The notes below the pieces were generated by a model. It saw nothing but the letters and a program-made list of their open reading frames with translations. It had not been told where the DNA came from and did not search any database. Made by a program: the position numbers and the translations under genes. This document shows, in pieces, positions 54,102-64,000 of a stretch of 64,000 nt of DNA. The stretch is from NCBI GenBank assembly GCA_964016885.1, contig OZ024743.1:361088001-361152000 (forward strand), given 5' to 3'. The stretch is from Eledone cirrhosa (Eukaryota). Position 1 is the stretch's first letter; each line of letters starts with the position of its first letter.

Positions 54102-56035
54102 ATATATATCTACACATTTTTGGATGGCCGTTGACTCTTATAAGTTCTTAGGCCCTTTGTCAGGTTTTGTTTTTTGTCCTGCAGGGTGTCCAAAATCAGC
54201 CTCCTCACCTAGTGAACTTGGTGGGGTTGCCGGTTTAGTCGTCGATTACTCGACATGTATGTACATACATACATACATACATACATACGTACATACATAC
54301 ATACATACATACATACATACATACATACATACATACATACATACATACATACATACATGGTGGCTGCCAACTCGTTTTCGAGTACGGCCACTACTTTATA
54401 TCCATGTAGGAGAACCCCTACCGATGCGCTGAATGAGTGTGACTTTTTAGTCCAGCCAGCGACTTGAAAAATCTGGTACAAACACTACACTTGTGACAAT
54501 TATTGACACATAGTGCTGGGCCCATGGTACCATGTGACGACAAGTGTAGAGAGATCTCCAGATATAAAGCAATGCCTGTGCCGTGAAGCTTTTATAGTGA
54601 GCAAAGGCACTGCACAAAGCCAGTCCCACTCTCTTAACCAAGAGATACATACATACATACATATATTCATACATACACACACATATATATACATACAGTT
54701 AATCATACCTATATAAGCGTATACCTATATATATTGTAGTGGGAGCGTCTGGAAGGTGACAAATGTGCGCAACAGAACAAATTTATTATGATTTATATAC
54801 TCATAAATGTATAACGTTAACTTAGGTTTCATGACCGGAGCTAGAAAATAATAGCTCAATCAAAAATAATACAGACATTGCATCAGGCATCTATTTCTGA
54901 AATGTCTGAACGAGACTTATGAGAAGATTGACCCATATTTTTTTCCACACAGAAATAATATATACATTCATGGTATGAGAGAACGTGATGCTCTGGGGTA
55001 TAGGGATTTCAGAAACACTTCATTTATTGGTGTTGCGGTAAAGGTTTTTTTTATAAAATAAGGATTTTCCACCTTAGGTACAAGGCCAATAATCTGAAAG
55101 GAAGAAATATGAATAAACCTAGAATGAACACATATCTAAATATGATGTCAGTTTGTTTATATCTTGCTCAGAATTGGTTCTCATCTGTATAGAAATTATG
55201 TCAAATATTCTCTAATTTTGACGTTGGTAGTGTAATTCTATAATATACTTGTGGGTTATAGTAAACTTATTGGTGATTGTATACTTTCAATAACCGTAAT
55301 TGTCATACAAAATCTTTTGTTTGTACATTTTCCTACCGGCGGTTCATTACAGGTTGTGTATAGGAAATTTAACTGCAAACAGAAAGCTAACTTTTACATA
55401 ACTTACATGTAATATGAATTTTGTATATTCAAGGCGTCTGGACATTGAAATGATTTATGATATATAAGTGAATTTAAATATGTACCTTAGAGAAGATAAA
55501 GCATATATGTATCAATGTTTGTATGCTCGTATATATGCATTTATATATATACATGTTTGCATGAATTTATGTATGTAACTATCTTTCTATGTGCGTGGCA
55601 GTGTACATTTATATAAACGAAAGTGAGAATACATTAAGTATTAGATGTTGCTAAAATCAGAATCTGCTGGTATATCTGTATATCAATATGGCGTGAAAAT
55701 ACACGTATCTTCAATTCGATACTATTTCATGTAAGCGAAGCTATCCACTTAATATACCCTTCCCTTCTAAAATCGTAGGATTGTGTGTTGTATGACAAAT
55801 ATTTAACTAGTTATTCATGCTGCACCCAACATCCCTACAGAGGACGCATCAGAGAATCTGGTGTCTGTATTTCGTTATTTCAGGTCAAAATCTTTAATTA
55901 TTTCATATTTCAAATTACTTCGCTGTAATGTGGAATTGGTTTCATGTTATCCTTGTACGTAGTCACGACTTGATCCCCAATTAAAATTGCATTTGAAAAA
56001 TATTTATTGCGTATCGACTTGCTATATATATATAT

Positions 56036-56067
<32 letters not shown>

Positions 56068-57723
56068 GCTAAAAATAAAATAAGAATGTAACAGGGTGGG
56101 GAATAATGAAGACGGTCGTTTTTTAAATAACATAATTAATGTCCAATACATCATTAGTTACTTAATACAAGGATGGTTAAAATTACTCTAGTTGTAAAAA
56201 TAAAATGAGCACTAAAGTTTCATTCAGCACAGTAGGTATGTATGTATTGTGTATGATTGTGTAATAATATAGGAATATAATGAGTAATAATATGTTTTGG
56301 TTTGACATTTGCAATCTACACTCTGATAGCGCATTGCATATTTCAAATAAACAATAACTGTGTCCCATATTGGTATAAGTCTCTTCTTCTAAACATATGA
56401 TACAGACCGTAGCTGATTTTAAAAATATGTAAAGAATATTAAATGTCTGAAATAATTTATTGCTTACACTATTGCAGTTTTCCAAACTCTCCTCAGATAT
56501 AAAAGTTATTTCATCATTTAAAAACGATATTACAGAATTGATCTCTCATCGCTCTCGGTTGACCTATTCATGCTTGTGTAAATACTATCAGTGGGGATTC
56601 AAATCAAAATGTTTATAGCTGAATTACATTGCGTTAGCCCACCGTACTGCATATAACATTCATTTCACATTTCTTAGGTTTTTTAAATCAATTCCTTATA
56701 ATGATCCTGCCAGTGTGTCCTACGTCATTGCTTTTCAACAAGCTCTATATCGAAGGTTCGTAGGTTTTCTATGTATACGCACCCCGTCCTTAATGGTGCA
56801 GATTTCCATATGGCCTAAAAAATTAATTATAATGATATTGTTTATACTTTAATTGTTACCAAAGAAATATTATTTAAGTTCCTCGCCAAATTTGGCAGCA
56901 AGTTCATAAATAGGAGTATAATTAAATCACTTGCTAAATGACACCCCACTGATCTAGTTTGACTTGGATTCATTGCTCCAGTCTCCTCATTTGGGAGACG
57001 CCAGGTTTAACGATGTTCCTTTTCTTTCCCATTTGTTTACTATACTATACCATGCTGATCACTAACAAGTATTAACGTGGTGAAACACCGACAAGACTAT
57101 ACCTTCTGACTGGCAGCACCTGTGTAGCATTGCGTTAAAAGACCGGATGTACTTTCTTATGTTTTTCACTTAAATATATGGTACGTATTTGGTATGGATA
57201 GTAGAACGCTGCATTTCATTAATTAGGCAACTCCAGGGAAAATATTATTTATCAGGAATTCGGGATGGAATATATCAGTTGATTTGCCGATAGAAAGTGA
57301 ACCGATTTCATACCGTATAGTTTTGACTGTATGCTATGTGAATCCTGTATGTTTCTACGAGTGGATGCATGTGAGTATACATCTGTGTTTGTGCTTATCT
57401 TCCTGTGTGTATGTAAAGAAATATATACGAAAAGGGAGAAAGAGAAATGAATAAGAGAGGAAATAGAAAATATACAATAAAATTAAGATATGAAATTTTC
57501 AAATTTGTATCATACAGACTTATCAGATTTTCAGATAGGATTTCTGTGTGAAAGTGTCAAAGATACAGCATAATTAAATTAGTTATTACCAACCTAGAAT
57601 AATGTGATTCTCATTATTCCCACAAAACCAATTATTTCAGTTATTACACAAATGTAGTAATGCGCGTCAATGCGTCAATATTTTCTACACACCACAAACT
57701 CCAACATATTGGCGCACACACGC

Positions 57724-57848
<125 letters not shown>

Positions 57849-57859
57849 CACACACACAC

Positions 57860-59514
57860 AGACACCGTTATTGCTGTTGTTGTTACTGTTATTTCTACCA
57901 TTGGGGTTGTTACTTTTACTATGTTTCTTGTTTTTGTTGTGTCTATCATTGATGTTGCTACATGTACTATTTCCATTATTACCACTGTGGTTATTATTGT
58001 TGTTGTTGTTCGTATTGTTACCGTTATTACTACTGTGGTCGCTGCTGCTGTGTCTGTGGTTAATGTTTCTATTATTATTATTATTGTGGTTGTTGTTGTT
58101 CTGTCTATCGCTAGTATTATTACCATTATCACTATTTCTCACTTTCCTTCTATGCCCAGAGTTATTGTTTATATTACTACTACCGTTATTATTGTTGTTG
58201 TTGTTTACCTTTGCATTCCAACGTATTTTTGTGAAACACTTTTCCAGCTCCGTTTTGCACTCCATAGGGTTAATCTTTTTGTAGATGGAAAATGTTGGTG
58301 GTAGGCGCAGGATTTGTTGTTCTTGTTCACTGATTAAAGTGTTCCCATAGATATTTACTGTGTGGTCATTGGTAAATTCTTCCGGTAGATTTACATCAGT
58401 CATACGGATATTGTTGATGTTATCTGGGTATTTTTGAGAATATTCGATTTACCTTTCTTGTAGTTTTTTCTTATTCATCCATTCTAATTTCTTATTGAAA
58501 TGCCTATTGCATTCGTTTCGAGCGTATTTCGTTTCACGTCGTATGACGCTCATGAAGTTATCTTTCTCGTTTGCTGTGATGAGATTTCGGATTTCCTTAC
58601 CGTTAATGCGTTTCTGTCTGTAGAGTGCGTTGACTTTTGTGTATGTTGTTCTTTTCATATTAACTGTTATTGTGTGTTTTAGTCGTTCGGCTTGTGTTTT
58701 GTTCAATAATAAATTATTTACTTGTTTTGAAATGTTTGTTGTGTATGTTTTGGAGGAAACACAGTGTTTTAAGAAGCGGATTTGTTCTGTTGTTATTGTA
58801 GTTTTTATATAACAGGAAACAGTGTCTTTCAATAACCTTTCAGCTTGGCACAAGCTAATGCCATATCGGCGATGAATTAGTTTTGCGAGGTTTTTTATAT
58901 GAAATCGTGTGTCGAAACAAATATTGTTAAACTTGGGGAGGGTCATATTTGTGTAATATTGCCAGAATTAATAACAGAACACACTCACTGTTTGGTTGGT
59001 TTTCGCTTCTCGCTGTCTTTTATATCGGTAATCTAACTTACTCGGTCCTCAATGTTGCCATTGACTGACCGACGGTCGAAAATAATACAGATACAATATA
59101 GACACAAACACATATATATAGTTTATCATAAATCTTTCGTTGCACATCTGCTACATCGTCAGTGGTGTTATATTTTCCTCCTGTTGTGTTGTATGTCTAC
59201 GCCATTTTTATTCAGTCTGTCTATATATTTATTTATTTATTTGCTTGTTTGTTTATTTTATTTTGTCTTCTTTGCGCATGCGTTTGCGTGTGTGTATAGT
59301 GTTTTGTTTGCTGTGTGATGGGTGACTAGTGTGTGTTTATGTGCTTGTTGTTATTGTGCTTGTGTATGTATTTATTTATTTATTTATTTTATTAATTACT
59401 TATTTATACTTCTCTTAGGTCAGTGTTGTTTGTTTGGGTGTTGTTGTTATTCCATTCATTCTTTCTGTTTAGCCTTGTTCTTCTAATTTCTATTTCACTG
59501 GCCTCTCTGATTTG

Positions 59515-59515
<1 letters not shown>
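57860..59515 (-). mobile_element. Penelope-like tail-to-head junction: ORF C-terminus, UTR/pLTR with HHR, then the N-terminal ~300 codons of the next ORF (truncated before RT)
   Basis: RQIREASEIEIRRTRLNRKNEW (GIY-YIG C-terminus, ~59450-59515). CTGACGA-tgtagca-gatg-tgcaac-GAAAG at 59124-59167(-). ORF 58946-58449 MTLPKFNNICFDTRFHIKNLAK matches 34361 onward; continuation VNIYGNTLISEQEQQILRLPPTF. Confidence 0.65.
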
Positions 59516-59544
<29 letters not shown>

Positions 59545-59555
<11 letters not shown>

Positions 59556-59808
59556 GAATAAGTAGGTCAAATATGTAAAATTTGGTTTCGTTTATTATAA
59601 ATTCTAAATTTACTGGTATATATATATCGGTGACAGCTACTATTGGCTGTGACCTTTTCAGGCAGTCTGAATTGGTGTGGAAAAGACAGGTAGACATGTT
59701 GTTGAAGTGTGTTTCATTCTGCTGTCAATACATCGACATGTCCAGCTCCTGCGTACGTCGTCGAGTGCTCCAATCTGCATACTGAGGTGTCGGTAAACAA
59801 CCAACATA

Positions 59809-59812
<4 letters not shown>
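59545..59812 (-). mobile_element. PLE-like terminal repeat, same family as 18841-19340, decayed HHR
   Basis: Shares GGTGACAGC...GGCTGTGA.CT.TTCAGGCAGTC.GAATT.GTGTGG with 19005-19057, and TCGTCGAGTGCTCCAATC.GCATACTGAGG with the reverse complement of 18868-18898. Confidence 0.75.
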
Positions 59813-59856
<44 letters not shown>

Positions 59857-62800
59857 CAAAGATGCATACGAGAAGAAAAATGACAAAATACGTGGGGCAA
59901 ACGAACATCAGCATTTATCTTCCTCATCACCCACCCCCGGTTATGCAATTTTGGGCACATTGGTATGTTGCATGATATTGAACCCAGAGTATATATAAGA
60001 TTGTGCATGTGTGTGCATATATTAAGAGTCAAGACCCGGCTGTTGAGCTCTTGCATTTTTAAAAGCTATTGCCAGACCCTTTTCTATAGGTATGTTTGTA
60101 CATATGCACACTGGAACCCAAACCCCAATTCATGAGAGTACATTTGCATACATTGTTATACTTCCACACCGGTAAATACTCACCTAGGTCCAAACAGCAC
60201 ATACACATATTTGAACACAAGTCCCCCATAATTTCATAGGCAGATCCCACCGTTATCCAGATATACACTCAGAACGAGCACTTACTGAATCACACGCGCT
60301 GACGGGGCCTCACTTAAATGAACACACTATCTCTCAGCAACGCCAAATTAACTGTAGACACAACCAGCACAGATGTAACTCATCTTACACTTTAAACCTC
60401 ACAAGTTTACTCCTCAATATGTACATACCACAACATTTTTCCAGTAGCGGCATTAAAAGAACAATACTCATCTCCAGACAGTCCATTACAGAACTAGCAA
60501 TATCTAATTGCACGGAGACAGTCCCTGTGACACCCACCTTCCACGGAGCACACACGGGTATCCAAGACAAATATAGGCCCGCTACATTGCATGATAAATA
60601 GTAATTACTCAAACCACCTATTTCACTATAAATACAAGAAATATCTTCAACCACTCACCCAGATACAACCACTCACACACATACATCTGTAGGCAGGCAC
60701 AAAGAAATATATATACAAGCTCAATAAATAACTAATACAAGTAATAACCTGAACAACTTTATCTCAACCCATTGTACCACACCAAAATAACAAAATGCGA
60801 ACATTCATATCGTCCACCGCCCTTTAACGAAAGAAGAGATTTTAGTTGACATACATTGTTATAGTCGCACCTATCGGGTGAGTAACAACATTGTGTACCT
60901 GTGCGGCGTTAAAACATGTCATAGGATATTTATTATGTGACGTCCACATCCAACTTCTTTTAGAAAAGATTGTACGTACATACCCAATCTGGAGCTTCGA
61001 ACATCTACCGAGGCGGATACGAAAATATGGAAATTAGAAACCTTTAAATAGAATATAATCTGTCATGGTACATTCTGCAATTCGCCCAACCCTACCAATG
61101 TAAAAGAAAGGATTGTGATCTTAGTGCGATGGAAGTTCTAGTAATTTCGACAGGAATGAAATTACCGAACTCTAGATAAATAGGATATTTAAATATAAAC
61201 ACAAATACCTTTCTAAATATAACTCTAGCTAATGAATAATTAGGACATATCACTCTCCCTTCTTTTCTCAACTTCTGTCACACAGTTCTTTTTCAAATAG
61301 CCAGTTTAAATACATAGACAAGTGGCCACCAAATCTACTATATTAATATCAAAGAGATTTACGGCTTATTTATTTTCTTACCACAGCAACCACTTCCATA
61401 ACTTATACGATCCCCTTTGATCGATAGGTTAACTATTTCTCAACCAATTACATGTCTCATTGAAGTATCACGAAAAATTGCTGGACACCTAATGGTCAAG
61501 CTACCAATAATCTCTCTTCAGGTTCATTACTATCACTCAAATTCTAAAAATTGTATTCATGTTCTGATGATTTGTTGAGTTGTTGGGTATTGCGCAAGAA
61601 TATCTGTTTTTCCTAACATATTAAATTATACGTACTCCGTGAATTATTGGTACCTGAAAAATACCCGTCGATTAACACTTGGAATATTATTTTGCAGGAA
61701 TTAATCATACACGTGGAGATATCTATTCAGAAAGCTGTTTCTGGATGAAAAGTTGCATAATCACTTCACAGGTTTGATTTTACCAACGGAAAGTGAAAAT
61801 TACCTTATCTTCTTATATATACACATAACACACTCATTCACAGATACATAGATCCAGCACATTACCCATATACATACGTACTCATATGTGCGTGTGTGTG
61901 ACAGAGAGAGAGAAAGAGAAAGAGAGAGAGAGTGTGGGTGTATATGTACGCGCGCGCGTGTGCGTGTGTACGCGTGTGTGTGTGAACTTGTCTCTCTGTG
62001 TGTTATCTATTGAATAAGACGGCAAAGTACATACACCGAAAGCATTTATTATTCAATGAAATTAACCGCATCCAGACATGTTTTGAATAGATCGGCAATG
62101 TATTACATTAGAATCGCTATAATATGCGAAATTACTGAGATTAAGTAGAAGTCATCAAGAGAGAAGCGAGACAATTATAACTGATTGTTATATTGCTTTT
62201 AGTGGTTTCTGTTCAAATAATCCTTTCACTATGGATGTCTGTGTTCTTGTGGTTATTGTTATTGATACAAGGTCAACTTGTATCTAGCATCTCTTTGTAG
62301 AAAGACCTTCGCACCATGACCTCCCAATGTACTCTTCCTTCAAGAAGATGATACTCTCTTCAGTGGACTGAAAGAAAGTGCAGAACTTCTCCTGGCTCTT
62401 GTGTGTGTGCGTGCGTATGCATTGTATTTCTTTTTCTCGTGTAAACCCATTCCTGATTGAACATACAAATAACACACAGGTAAACAGTCGAACGATAAAG
62501 CGAGGGCCGCAGACCACGCTTCCCAGTTACACGATACTTACATCTTGGTAAGCGTCGTATTGCATGCTCCCACATGACGGATAATACAGGATGTGAGTTT
62601 GAACAAATTTAATCTCCACACAGCTTAATTTGTTTATGTGCGTCTATAGATTATAGTGGTGACCACATCAGACGTGGGGTGGGGGGTAGAATCGGTCAGA
62701 GAAACAGAGTCGATGTAGTTGTGGGAAAGAGAAATAATTGCTTCAGATCCTAGGTTTATATGTGGAGGCAGCTATACCGAATGACTTAGCATTTCACTTC

Positions 62801-63473
62801 GCAATGCTGAGTTTGATCTGACAGCGATTCATTAATCATGGCCTCGGGTTGAGAAACAAAGTGCGATTGAAGTCAATTAGAAAGAAACTGTTTGGAATAC
62901 TTATATTTTAAAATGGTAGCCTTGTCACACACGATGTCACGCTGTTTCTTCATACGCACAAACCTAAGGGTAAATGTCTCTATAGGATACTGAGTCTCGT
63001 ATACTATACTACGAGGAATAGACAGTTATATAGATCGAACAACTGGAACACAAATCCTTGAAACAGACTGAGAACCATTCTATTTTTCCATGTTTTAAGT
63101 GTATGTAAGTAATCTGGGTTTTCAGTGTTTAAATTTCCCTAAGGCTTTTGTGTAACTGATGAACAGTAAGGATAGTATATTAATGGAATTGATGTTTATA
63201 ATTTCGTTAATTTGAAATCATTTATATTTTTAACAAGGAAAATTATGAACATCATATGGGCTTAAGAAATCTAATTGTCCCAATGTGAATCGTGTAATCC
63301 CAAAAAATCGTGTAAAGTACCAATGGCTGAGAAAAAAAGTTGCCTGAGGCGCACGCGAATACTGCATTTAGAAACATGCCTGCGACAATGAATAATTAGC
63401 ATATATGCGTACAATCATAATTAAGCTCATTTATACGTACACACACACGCACACACACACACACACATATATA

Positions 63474-63572
<99 letters not shown>

Positions 63573-63831
63573 AAGGTATATATTGAGTTAGGAACTCAAA
63601 ATAGTCTCTTACAATAAAATAGCTCTAAGAAAGAGATATTTCCGAGCCGTATATTATAATTGAATATAAAAGAAAAACGAACATAGATATATACATATAT
63701 GTGTTCAAATCGCAAGGGACCAGATTCGCTAAGGTGACAAGAATACTAACTATAGACAATAGGGTTTGCCTGTCTCAATTTAAGAAGAAATCAAGAAAAT
63801 AAATACAAACCGGAATTGTGGTAACTACCAA

Positions 63832-63911
63832 TCACCCAGACAGCTTGGTGCTGTTTCGCAACACTAAGTAATTGTGAATAGAAATACCAAATCTTGCTCA
63901 TCAGTGGGTGA
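63832..63911 (-). ncRNA. Intact type I hammerhead ribozyme
   Basis: TCACCCA-CTGATGA-GCAA...TTGC-GAAACAGC-ACCAA-GCTGTC-TGGGTGA: perfect 7-bp helix I, 4-bp helix II base, 5-bp helix III, canonical GUC site. Confidence 0.85.
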
Positions 63912-64000
63912 CAAATTAGTATCCTAGACACTTCTAAGTATATTAAGGAACTGAATAGTGTGCTATATATAATAACGCACATGTTATATTAGCGTGTCTC

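Noticed and set aside
60880-61020. Minus-strand LQIGYVR...YPMTCFN resembling a LINE ORF1 zinc knuckle
   Set aside because: Too short and degenerate to assign without a search.

Overview
This is AT-rich, repeat-saturated eukaryotic DNA, probably cephalopod or other mollusc (inferred from the SINE family and the dense (TA)n/(CA)n tracts). I found no confidently identifiable host gene; most short ORFs in the track are microsatellite artefacts. The window holds decayed mobile elements: an R4/NeSL-like RLE LINE, RTE-type LINEs (including two full-length copies in inverted orientation), two Tx1/L1-like relics (one split by a Chapaev3-like DNA transposon), a CRE-like fragment, several Penelope-like elements (PLEs) and many tRNA-derived SINEs. 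The most striking layer is non-coding. A near-perfect 310-bp tandem array (about 47030-51307) carries one minimal type I hammerhead ribozyme (HHR) per unit, 14 in total. It switches strand once, head-to-head, and sits inside (TA)n, so it looks like a very young non-LTR retrozyme-type insertion. At least five other (TA)n-embedded head-to-head inverted repeats with intact or decayed HHRs, plus several solo HHRs, repeat this architecture. Family assignments come from motif recognition only; no database search was run.
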